This document shows, one piece after another, positions 11,201 to 21,112 of a stretch of 64,000 nt of DNA. The first letter of the stretch is position 1. Every line of letters starts with the position of its first letter. The position numbers and the translations under genes were made by a program. A model generated the notes under the pieces. That model worked only from the letters and a program-made list of their open reading frames with translations, had not been told where the DNA came from and made no database searches. Origin of the DNA: Lama glama (taxonomy: Eukaryota); assembly GCA_028534125.1 (NCBI GenBank), contig CM052832.1, positions 16,060,001 through 16,124,000 of the forward strand. Reading direction: 5' to 3'.

Positions 11201-12733
11201 AATTATATTTTCTATCCCATTTCAGTAACTACTGGTCCTATTTCCTCTATATTAAAATAAGGAAAGGGTATTGAAACATGACAGAAGCAAACACTCAAGA
11301 TCAATAAAAAGATAAATTAATAACAAAATGTAACTAAAAGAATCTGTATTTCAGTAAAATAATCATGCTTTACTTTTCCTATTTATAAAAATATTAATTT
11401 TAATTTGCTATGTATCACACAGCAGTAAATATTCCTATTTTTAGCATAGGCCCTACAAGAACCAGATGTTTTTTGACCTTAAGTCATGCTATCATCTCTA
11501 AATCACTTTAAATGCAGACTCCATGAAAACCTGTGAGATAACTAAGGAAAGTTCCAGCCTCACTGTCTCTCAAATTACTAGTTTAGCAATTCTTATCACT
11601 TAAAGGGAGATGAAGCTTCCTTAAGAAATCATGAACATTATATAATAATATAATTTTCTCAGAAAAAGTTCTCCTTTTCAGTTTATATCTCTAATAATTT
11701 TAGTCATACACTCTAGCCATATTCTACTAAGCAATTACCAATTCCTTTGTGTTGTATTTTTCCCTTTTCTCAATTCAATTTCTGAAAAGAGTCTGCATTT
11801 CAATGACCTCTTATCAAATCCTTTGTGTGTATACAGCTTCACAAATTTTATATTATTGGGAAGACAAATTTATTGATTCAAGCTTAATGCAAAGTAAAAG
11901 TGTCTGATAACAAAAAATGCAAGCAGATAAAAATTACTTAAGATATGAATTATGCACTTATATGCTCTATTATATTTTCAGGTAATTTGAGAGAAGGTTC
12001 AAAAACAGAGGTAAAAAGTGGCACTAGAGAAACAAGGAATGCTATCTCCAAACAGGATATTCATTTAAGAATTCAGGCAGTCCCACCACAAAATAGCCAA
12101 AGTGGTCCTAAGCACCAACATGAAAGAGAAGTAGGTGGCCCTGAGGAGACCTATGAAAAGGAACAAAAACAGAAAACTGGAGTGAAAGTTGAAGAGCTTC
12201 CTGGGAAAACTCAGAGTAAAGAAGAGAAGAGAGAGAAAGACAATGAAAGGAAACATACTAGGGAGGACATGGACAAAGAAAAGAAAATAGATAAGGACCA
12301 ACCAAATAAAGGGGATGGTGAAAAAGATAAAGGTGAAAAAGGGGAACAAAGGGTGAACATGAAAAAGAAGGGAGATGAGGACAGGGAAAATAAAAACAAG
12401 AAGGGAGATGAAGACAAGGAGGAGGACCAGGACAAGAAGGGAGATGAAGACAAAAATGAGCACAAGGACAAGAAGGAAGACGAGGACATGAAAGAGGACA
12501 AGGATAAGACGGAAGATGAGGACAAGACAGAGGACAAGGGCATGAAGGGAGATGAGGACAAAAAGACAGAGACAGAGGACAAGAAGGGAGTCAAGGACAA
12601 AAAGGAGAGCAAGAATATCAAAGGTGATTCTAAGAATAAAAGGGACAAAACAAAAATAAGTAAAGAGGAGAAGGGTATAAACCAAAAAGAAGATTCCAGG
12701 AAGAAAAGGGACAGTAAAAAAAGGTCACGTTGA
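1178..12733 (+). CDS. TSBP1: Testis-expressed basic protein 1 (C6orf10), 3' part; 5' exons lie upstream of the window
   Basis: Proposed join: 1178-1198, 1670-1690, 3054-3071, 4145-4162, 5311-5337, (7306-7314), 11982-12733. The micro-exons are AG...GTAAG flanked, phase 1-1 and multiples of 3. They give xKPAPPL-RRVIPPT-IPASTI-RFAEPI-SKTSTSPLP-(IPT)-GNLREGSK... and end in a highly charged exon. Name rests on position and strand upstream of NOTCH4 and on the known many-tiny-exons architecture, not on strong sequence identity. Confidence 0.75.
1670..1690 (+). CDS. TSBP1: TSBP1 21-nt micro-exon (RRVIPPT)
   Basis: ttttgtatttcag|GGAGAGTTATACCACCTACCA|gtaagt; branch-like gctaac upstream. Confidence 0.75.
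3054..3071 (+). CDS. TSBP1: TSBP1 18-nt micro-exon (IPASTI)
   Basis: ttctgttttaaag|TACCTGCATCAACCATCA|gtaagt. Confidence 0.7.
4145..4162 (+). CDS. TSBP1: TSBP1 18-nt micro-exon (RFAEPI)
   Basis: actaac branch, poly-T tract, aatcag|GATTTGCTGAACCAATTT|gtaagt. Confidence 0.7.
4390..4863 (+). mobile_element. LINE-1 3' end (ORF2 C-terminus and 3'UTR)
   Basis: aagtggtatatacgtacaatgaaatattactcagc...tggatggacctaga...gaaataagtcaggcagagaaag...aataaaaa. Confidence 0.8.
5002..5163 (-). mobile_element. tRNA-derived SINE, camelid Vic-1-like
   Basis: gggggaggtcattaagc...gtactggggattgaacccaagacc...ataccctctccc; B-box on the - strand; flanking direct repeat tttgtgctt. Confidence 0.8.
5247..5294 (+). repeat. 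(AAT)16 microsatellite
   Basis: Perfect 48-nt run. Confidence 0.95.
5311..5337 (+). CDS. TSBP1: TSBP1 27-nt micro-exon (SKTSTSPLP)
   Basis: tttattttag|CAAAAACCTCAACCTCACCACTTCCTA|gtaagt. Confidence 0.7.
5890..6090 (+). mobile_element. Very old CR1/L3-like endonuclease remnant
   Basis: Pieces translate as DPIHTNKK, DHMSLDF and RLNFKKANFK, resembling CR1 DL(I/V)LTN...SDH...LDFR(K/R)A(D/N)F motifs. Confidence 0.35.
7297..7314 (+). CDS. TSBP1: Candidate TSBP1 micro-exon with a decayed acceptor (18-nt KPSVPT, or 9-nt 7306-7314)
   Basis: Pyrimidine tract ends ccacgg rather than ccacag, then AACCTTCAGTACCCACTG|gtaagc; an internal AG at 7304-7305 gives an in-frame 9-nt exon. Confidence 0.45.
8815..9430 (+). 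mobile_element. Old LINE-1 (L1MA/MB-like) 3'UTR
   Basis: aggtacaaacttccagttacaaaataaatgagtc...ttatgctgtataccttaaacttatacagtgctg...aaaactggaagaaaaa. Confidence 0.75.
9961..10088 (-). mobile_element. tRNA-derived SINE, Vic-1-like
   Basis: Same family as 5002-5163; flanked by tatgccccatt / tatgccctatt. Confidence 0.8.
11982..12733 (+). CDS. TSBP1: TSBP1 terminal coding exon, Lys/Glu/Asp-rich with ~12-aa KKGDED repeats
   Basis: tatattttcag| acceptor in phase 1; ~250 open codons to TGA in otherwise stop-rich AT DNA; AATAAA follows at 12762. Confidence 0.8.
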
Positions 12734-12761
12734 AGAAAAATAGCACCAAATTTTATAAACT

Positions 12762-12767
12762 AATAAA
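12762..12767 (+). terminator. Poly(A) signal of TSBP1
   Basis: AATAAA ~30 nt after the stop, with further copies at 12767 and 12777. Confidence 0.6.
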
Positions 12768-13274
12768 ATAAAATTGAATAAATTCACTCCAACACATCAG
12801 CTTCAAAACTAGCTCCCAGTCTTCTAAAGTATCAATTAAAATGACAGACTCCTTACATTTTCTTTAGCCACAAAGTTTCTACTCCTTTGCTTGCAATCTG
12901 GCAAAAGACCCTTCAGAAATTTTTTTCTTTTTAGGTCTCTTAGTCTCAAACTTCAGCTTCCAAGTGTAAATTTTTCAAAATGTATGTGCATGATGCATCA
13001 CTGTCAGGAAATTACAATTTTTCTGAAATAAAATTCTGATTAAAGAAAAGTAGAACTCTTTTTCTCAATGAAGTATGGAATTTCCCTGCCTAATCAAATA
13101 GCTATTTACTTAGTCCCTACTAAATGCAACATCCATAGAGGAATACAAAAATATCTTCATGAAGAAGATAAATATAAATGAAAAGACTAAAATAATGTTA
13201 AAAATATGAATATCCAAAAAATGATTCTGAGCAGTAAATACAATAGGAAAAATTCAGAAGAGAAAAACCTCTTT

Positions 13275-13420
13275 GTTTTGTTTGTTTGTTTGTTTTTGGT
13301 TTTTTGCAGGGGGAGGTAATTAGGCTTATCTATTTATTTTAAAAGGAAGTACTGGGGATTGAACCCAGGACCTTGTGCATGCTAAGCACATGCCCCACCA
13401 CTGAGCTATACCCTCCCCTC
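13275..13420 (-). mobile_element. tRNA-derived SINE, Vic-1-like
   Basis: gggaggtaattaggc...gtactggggattgaacccaggacc...ctgagctataccctcccc; flanks gagaaaaacctcttt / gagaagaatctcttt. Confidence 0.8.
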
Positions 13421-14893
13421 TGAGAAGAATCTCTTTGGACAGAGGTGATACATGAAGGACTTTAACAGGCAGTAGAATTTGAGCTGGGCATCAGTAAAAG
13501 ACAGGAGTTTTATATTGTTTGAGACTGTGGATTAGTAATTCCTTAACAGAGTATAAACTTTTTGAAGGAAAATCTGTTTCCTACCATTACCTTTATCCTC
13601 AGTGCCTGTTACAATCTTTACTAAACTGAATTGACTGGGAAAGGAAATGAGGGAACAAAAAAGAAAAAGGTTAGACATGAAAAAATGTATTCTAAATGCA
13701 GGGAGAAGAGCAGAGAATTTGTGTGCAGCAAAGTTCCCCAACGTTTAGTTCCCCAGACCACCAATAATGCATAGAATAATTTCAGGTGGTACACAGGTAA
13801 ATATTTTAATATAAAACTTAATATTTATTATTACATGAATTAGAAAAAAAGGTGTATACAGTCCATCAAGCCCATGATTTTGAAGAAATTATAGATTAGG
13901 ATGAGACTAAGTAAAATGATGAGTCAATTTAAAGAAAAATACTGAATAAAAAATAGTACAGTTTGTATGTACTTAGATACGGCAACAATTATGACAAGTC
14001 GTGGGATATGAATGAAATTGGCAAACACTGAGGGTAATAGAAGAAAATAAGGTTGAAATTAAAAACCAGGGTTCTGGAGGGACTTGGACTTTTATTTCAT
14101 TTATTTGATAGGCAACAGAAATATAAGCTGGGATGTCTTTCAGGAAGAGTAATTTGGTGGTTTAGACATGAGAAAGGATGAGAGATCAGTAGAAGACTAT
14201 TGTAGTGATACAGCCATAAAAAGACAAGAGACTAAATTAATTTGGAGGTGATGAGAATAAAATGAAAAAAACAGATGTGAAAATTATCTTGAAAGAGAAA
14301 TGAACTTACTTTGACAACTAACTGAATGTATATGACATGGAGAACCTCAAAGATGATCCCAAGGTTTTGACAAAGCTGGGTAACTGATAAGATGAAGGCA
14401 CCAATCATAGAAGGAGGGAAATTCAGTGGGAAAAAGGTAAGTTATTTGTTAACTGTTGGGACATAATAAATAATGGCTTCACACTATTGCACTATAGTAA
14501 TTATGATACTATATATAATTGAGAGACTTTTTATAATAACCATTATAACATAACACCAAAGTAGAGTTCATTTTTTTAATTATATGAGATCCAAGCTTAT
14601 ATTTCCAACTGCATACTTTACTCCTCCATTTTGATTGATTCACTGACCAAACATGTATCAAGTGCCTGTTACATGCCAGGCATTGCCCTGAGTGCTGAAA
14701 ATGCACTGGTAGGCACAATTAAATACAGCCCATGCTCTCATGGAACTTATTCCAAAGGAAAAGACATTAATCCAATAATAAACATGTAAAACTGCAATTG
14801 TAACAACAATTATTCTTAAAATGACCTGTAATAGGAAGATTTCTACCTAGTCAACCAGGTCAGGGAAGACTTAATATTAAGAAAGTACTGCTT

Positions 14894-15255
14894 GACAGAG
14901 AAAGACATATAAGATTTCACTATATGTGGAATCTAAAATATGATACAAATGAACTTATTTACAAAACAGAAACAGACTCACGGATATAGAAAACAAACTT
15001 ACAGTTACCGGTGTAAAGGAGAGAGAGGGATAAATTAAGAGTTTGTGATAAACATATATAAACGACTAAATATAAATAGATAAACAATAAGGTCCTAGTA
15101 TATAGCACAGGGAACTATATTCAATACCTTATAATGGCCTGTGGTGAAAAAGAATATGAAAAGGAATATATAGAGATGTATAAATGAATCACTACACTGT
15201 GCACTAGAATTTAACACATTGTAAATCAACTCTACTTCAATTAAAAAAAAAATTT
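14894..15255 (+). mobile_element. LINE-1 3'UTR, artiodactyl-type
   Basis: tatatgtggaatctaaaa...acaaaacagaaacagactcac...tatagcacagggaactatattcaa...cttcaattaaaaaaaa. Confidence 0.8.
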
Positions 15256-15589
15256 AAGAGACTTAAAAAAGGGGTTAAATTCTCAAAAGAGTAATTCCTA
15301 AATCAAAGGTTATCTGGTACAGCAGCTATGGGGACTGGGGGTAGAACCCCTACTTTGCAATGACAAGGCAGTGTTTTCCTCCCAACTAGAGAATGTGGGG
15401 CAAGAAAGATGATGGATAAAAGGGAAAGGAGATGGGGATATTCTGAATCTCTGTATGAAATCCTTCTGAGTGGTACATCTAAGAAACTGACCAGACTATA
15501 CACCAAAAACTAGCACAACATTGTAAATCAACTATATTTCCATTTAAAATTTTTAATTTTTAGTGTAGAAAACCTAAAAAAAAAAAAAA

Positions 15590-18500
15590 ACTGACCAGAA
15601 ATGACACCTTAAGGGATCTGAGAACTGAGCATTGATCTGGAATACTACCAGGTTTCAAACTGGCCTCTGAATAAAACACAACTGGGGCAGGCCAGAAAAG
15701 CATTGCAAAGGCCTTAAAAACCATTAATATTTGACCACAGCCCACAAAAGTAGGTCAGTATGTGTATTCCAAACTTAAGCAAGTTGACTGCCTGCTAAAA
15801 CGAAGAGTTAAATAGAAGCAAGAGTCTCATAGTATAATATCCAAAATGTCCAACATATAATCAAAAAATCAGTTGTCATTACCAAGACCCTCAAAAATCA
15901 CACCTCAGTAAGAAAATGCAAACAATGGCAACACCAAGATGACACAGGTGTTAGAATTATCTCACCAGGACTTTGCAGCAGCTATCATAAAAATGTTCCA
16001 ACAAGTAATTGTGATCACCTTTGTAACAAATTTAAAAATAGAACATCTCAGTAAAGAAATAGAAAATGTAAGGAAGAAGCAAATAGGAATTTTATAATTA
16101 AAAAATAAAATAACCAAAATGAAAAATTACTGGAGGGGGTTACCAATAATAGAACTGAGGTCACAGAAGAAAGAATCTGCAAACCTAAGGATAAATCAAT
16201 TGAAATTACCCAATCCAAACTGAGAAAAAAAAATTAACAGATCACCACAGACACCTGTGGGAAATAACAAACTAACTAACATTCTTGTCATCAGAATCTC
16301 AAAAAAAGAGGACAAAGAGTGCTAGAAAAAAATTGAAGAAATTACTGAAGGCTTCCCAAATTTAGTGAAAGACATAAACATGCAATTCAAGAAACTAAGT
16401 CAACCTTTCTTTAATACAATAAACTCTAAGAAATCCATGCTCAGTCATATCATACTCAAATTTATGAACACTAAAGACAAAGAAAAAATACTGAAAACAT
16501 TCAGAGAAAAAAAAAGCATTACCTACAGAACAACTACTTGAATGACAGTGGACTTCCTATCAAAAACCATGAAGCTGGAAGAAAGTGGCATAACAGTTTT
16601 CAAGTGCTGAAAGACAAGAACTGTCAACTCAGAAGTTTATATCCAGAGAAAATGTCCCAAAGAACTATAAAAACATTTCTAGAACTATTAAGGGAGTTTA
16701 GCAAGTCTACAAAATACAAATCAATCATATTTCTATAAACTAGCAAAAAATAGGAAACCAAAATTAAAGCACAATACCATTTACAACCACTGCAAAGAAA
16801 ACTAACACTTAGGTATAAATCAAACAAAATATATATAGAATCTGAATGCTAAAAACTACAAAATGCTGATGAAAGATATAAAGATAGATCTAATTAGAAA
16901 TACATGCAGTGTTAGTTAACTGGAAGACTCAACAAAGTAAGGATATCATGTCTCCCCAAATTGATCTATAGGTTTAGCAAAATTTGTATCAAACGCTTTC
17001 TTTTGTATATACAGACAAGCTGGTCCTAAAATTTACATGGAACAGCAAAGGAACAAGAATAACTAAAACAGTATTGAAAAATCATAATAAAATAGGTGGA
17101 ATCACACAAACCAATGTTAAGATTTACGATATAACTACAGTGTCAAGACACTATAGTACCAGAAGAGGAATAGAACCGTGTATCAACGGAACATGATAGC
17201 ACAGAAAAAGAACCCAACTCATACTCCCAGCTGATTTTTCACAAAGGTGCAAAAGCAATTCAAAGGCAATTTTGGTATCCTTTGAAAATGGCATTTTTAA
17301 TAAATGATGTGGCTGAAACAACTGGACTTCCACCAAACAAAAATAAAATTAATCTCAACCTCAATATCACACTTTATTTTAAAAAAAATAAGCCAAAGTT
17401 GATCATAAATTTAAATCTAAAAACTGTAAAAATTATAAATGAAAATATAGGAGAAAAATATTGTGATTAGATGTAACATGAAAAACACAATCTATAAAAC
17501 AAAAATTAGATAAATTGGACTCTATCAAAATTTAAAACTTTGATTTTCAAAATTCCCTGTCAAGAGGATGAAAATACAAGCAATAGGCTGGGAGAAAACA
17601 TCTGCAAAACACATATTCAACAAATGGCTTGTCTTAGGAATATGTCAAGAACTCTCTAAATTCAACGTAAAGAAAACAAACAATCCCTTTAGAAAATGGG
17701 CAAAAGACCTGAACTGACACTTCACCAAAGAGGAGACAGATGAAAAGATTTAACAACATCAGACATTAAAGACATGCAAATTTAAATATATGAGGTGGCA
17801 CTAAAGATCTACCAGCTGGCTAAAATTTAAAAGTACTGATAACAACAGCAAGTGTTAAAACGATTAGAGCAACTTACTCTTACAGATTGCTAGGAGAATG
17901 TAAAATGATACAGCAAGTCTGGAAAACAGTTTGTCAGTTTTTTACAAAGTGAAACATACAGTGACCATACAATCTAGCTACCATCATACTCCTGGATATT
18001 TATCCTGGAGAAATAAAACATGACCACACAGAAAAACTACAGGAACATTCATAGTAGCTTCGTTTGTAATAGCCTCAAGCTGGAAACAATCCAAATGTAC
18101 TTCAGTGGGCAAACAGACAACAAAATGCCGCATATCCATACAATGAAATACCACACGCCATCAAAAAGGAACAAATTACTGATCCACACAATAACTTGGA
18201 TGGACCTCCAGGGTGATTCGCTGTTTGAACCTCAAGTGATTACATATGTATGATTCTATTTATAACACTCTTAAAATGACATACTTATAGTGATGGAGAA
18301 CAAGTCAGTGGTTGTCTAGGGTTAAGGCTGGGGGAAGGTCTAACTAAAAACATAGCATGAGGGAGATTCTTTGTGGCGATAAAACTATTTTGTATTCTGA
18401 CAGCAGTAGCAATTTCATAAATCTACATATGAGATAAAACTTCATAGTACTATAGACACCAAAAAAAGTATATAAAAACTGATGAGATCTGAATAAGGTC

Positions 18501-18700
18501 TGTAGTTTACTTAATAACACTGTACCTATGTCAGTTTCCTGGTTTTGAAAAATGTATGATCATGTAAAATGGGGAAAGATGGGTGAAAGATACTTTGTGG
18601 CGGCGGAAGCTCTGGAGGGGTTGTTTGTTTGCTGGCTTCTTTGTTTTGGTTACACTATTTTTGCCACTACTTGTAAGTCTTAAATTAATTCAAAATAAAA
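15590..18700 (+). mobile_element. Degraded old LINE-1 with ORF1 and ORF2 remnants and 3'UTR
   Basis: ORF1-like FQVLKDKNCQLRSLYPEKMS; ORF2-like DKLVLKFTWNSKGTRITKTVLK and HIHTMKYHTPSKRNKLLIHTITWMDLQ; many stops and frameshifts. Confidence 0.8.
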
Positions 18701-18856
18701 AGGTTTATAGAAAGAAGGGAGGGAGGAAGAGTCCTAAGAGTCCTACAGCTGCTGTTCTGGGAAAAAGTACAAGTCAAAAAGAACTGCATTTGTTCAGGTT
18801 TAGTCAGACTGCGAGCCACCACTGTAAGAGGTGGAAGCGGTGGAGAAGGAACTTAC

Positions 18857-19160
18857 CGCTGTGGAAGAGGCGAGCGAAGTCTCTCTTCTGAAGCTGACCC
18901 TTCAGAGAATTCCTCTCAAAGCCAAACCTCCTTGCCGTGGTGGGTCTAACGGGGAAGATCCAGAAGGCGCTCTCATAGCCTCGAGGTGGAGACCCGGAGC
19001 AGAGCAGGCGCGCGCCCGGCACAGGACCCGAGTCTCAGGCTGAGGCAGCTCGGGGAAGCGCTGCCTGCGGCTGGCGCTCCGGGTGCTACGCGCCCCTCGC
19101 CGGGCTCCCGCCCACCGCGCGCCGACCTGGCGTCTTCCCCGCCCCACCCCCACCGCGAAC
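18857..19160 (-). promoter_or_regulatory. Orphan CpG-rich element; candidate promoter and first exon of a transcript antisense to TSBP1
   Basis: Dense CpGs in AT-rich surroundings; GC box (ccccgcccc near 19137); - strand donor GCG|GTAAGT with intron starting at 18856. Confidence 0.5.
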
Positions 19161-20235
19161 CTTATTCCTCTGTCTTTGACTTTCACCCCCTTCCTCACCA
19201 CACTTTTCCCAGCTTCCCCCATTTCCCTCACCGCCTTGTCTCCTCAGTTTCCCTCATTATCTTCTCCCCTCAAAGTGTCCCGTCACAGACGTTTCTCCTC
19301 ACACTTTTCTCTCAGGTCCCTGCTCCCCTCACAGGTTCCTGCTCCCCTCACAGGTTCCTCCTCACCACTTTCTATCTTCACCTTTTCCTCTCAGTTTATC
19401 CTTTCACCTCTGTCTCCCCTGACAGTTTCTCCCTCACCACCTCTCTCCTCACAGAGTCCCTGTCACAGCCTTCTCCCCGCACATTTTCCCCCTCACTCTC
19501 TTCTCTCAGTTTCTGCCTCACGGCCAATTACCCCCTCTCCGCCTTCTACCCTCACACGTTTTCCCTCGGTGCCTTCTGTCCTCACAACTTTCCTTCAAGC
19601 CTCTTTTCCCCACAGTTTCCTATTTCTCTCTCTGTTTCTACCGCGCTGTGTTCTCCCCTCACAGTTTCTCACAGCTTCCTGTCAGTTTCCGCTCACAGCC
19701 TTCTCTCCCACCAAATTCCTGCTCAATGCCTTCTCCCTCAGTTTCCTCCTCACTGCCTTCCCTCCTAGTTTCCCTGTATCACCTTATTTCCTCACACTTT
19801 CCGCTTTAGACCCTCTTCCCTCACAATGTCCCTCACCACCTTCTGTCTTCAGTTTTCCCCTCACTGCCTTGTCCTCGCAGTCTCCCTATCACTGTCTTTC
19901 CTCCTCACTGTTTCCTTCCCAATGCGTTCTCCCTCAGTTTCCTCTCACAGCCTTCTCCCCTTGGTTTTCCCCTCATGTCTTCACTCACAACAATTTGACC
20001 TTACAACCTCCTCTCTGCAATATCCCCCTCCCTGCTTTCTCCTCAGTGTCCCCCTCACTGCCTTTTCCCCTTTAGGTTTCCTCTCCCTGCTTTCTCTCCT
20101 TACACTTTCAAGCCCTCTCATTCCTCACAGTTTCTCCCTCACTGCCTTTTCGCCTCCCAGCTTCCCCTTACCACTTTATTTTCTCATATTTTCCCCTCAC
20201 AACCCTCCTTCTTCACTGTTTCCCCTCATCCTCTG
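19160..20235. repeat. Degenerate polypyrimidine tandem array, unit approximately CAGTTTCCCCTCA-CTGCCTTCTCCCCTCA
   Basis: About 20 or more CCTCAC cores counted by eye; near-exact 19-bp tandem copy at ~19313-19359. Confidence 0.8.
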
Positions 20236-20612
20236 TCTAATGCACAGACACCTACACAGAGACTCAAGGAAAATAAAGAATCAGGCAAAGATGTTCCAAA
20301 GGTGCAAAATAAATCTTTAGAAAGTGGCCCTAATAAAACGAAGCTATGTAATTTACCTGACAGAGAATTCAAAATCACTGATGTATATTTTCCTTAACAG
20401 CCATCCTGCTGTTTGTAATAAAGGCAGGACTTAAATCATATATGGGCATTATTTTGGAAATATTCTGCAAACCCTTACACAGCGCTCCCTTTGAATATAA
20501 TATGTGTTTAATAAATAGCCTCCATTCACCCAAACACAAACAAAACAGGTGACTAAAAGCTCACCGAGGTCAAGAGAACAATGCATGAGTAAAGTGAGAA
20601 TTTCAACCTAGA

Positions 20613-21112
20613 NNNNNNNNNNNNNNNNNNNNNNNNNNNNNNNNNNNNNNNNNNNNNNNNNNNNNNNNNNNNNNNNNNNNNNNNNNNNNNNNNNNNNNNN
20701 NNNNNNNNNNNNNNNNNNNNNNNNNNNNNNNNNNNNNNNNNNNNNNNNNNNNNNNNNNNNNNNNNNNNNNNNNNNNNNNNNNNNNNNNNNNNNNNNNNNN
20801 NNNNNNNNNNNNNNNNNNNNNNNNNNNNNNNNNNNNNNNNNNNNNNNNNNNNNNNNNNNNNNNNNNNNNNNNNNNNNNNNNNNNNNNNNNNNNNNNNNNN
20901 NNNNNNNNNNNNNNNNNNNNNNNNNNNNNNNNNNNNNNNNNNNNNNNNNNNNNNNNNNNNNNNNNNNNNNNNNNNNNNNNNNNNNNNNNNNNNNNNNNNN
21001 NNNNNNNNNNNNNNNNNNNNNNNNNNNNNNNNNNNNNNNNNNNNNNNNNNNNNNNNNNNNNNNNNNNNNNNNNNNNNNNNNNNNNNNNNNNNNNNNNNNN
21101 NNNNNNNNNNNN
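20613..21112. other. Assembly gap (500 N)
   Basis: Run of N; the round length suggests a placeholder size. Confidence 1.

Noticed and set aside
12065..12685. Long hydrophobic and Ser-rich minus-strand ORFs (206 and 145 aa)
   Set aside because: Mirror frames of the purine-rich TSBP1 exon; pyrimidine-rich strands rarely contain stops
18986..20320. ORFs of 260, 330 and 164 aa rich in S/P/L/F
   Set aside because: Open in overlapping frames because of C/T composition; no domain and no convincing start
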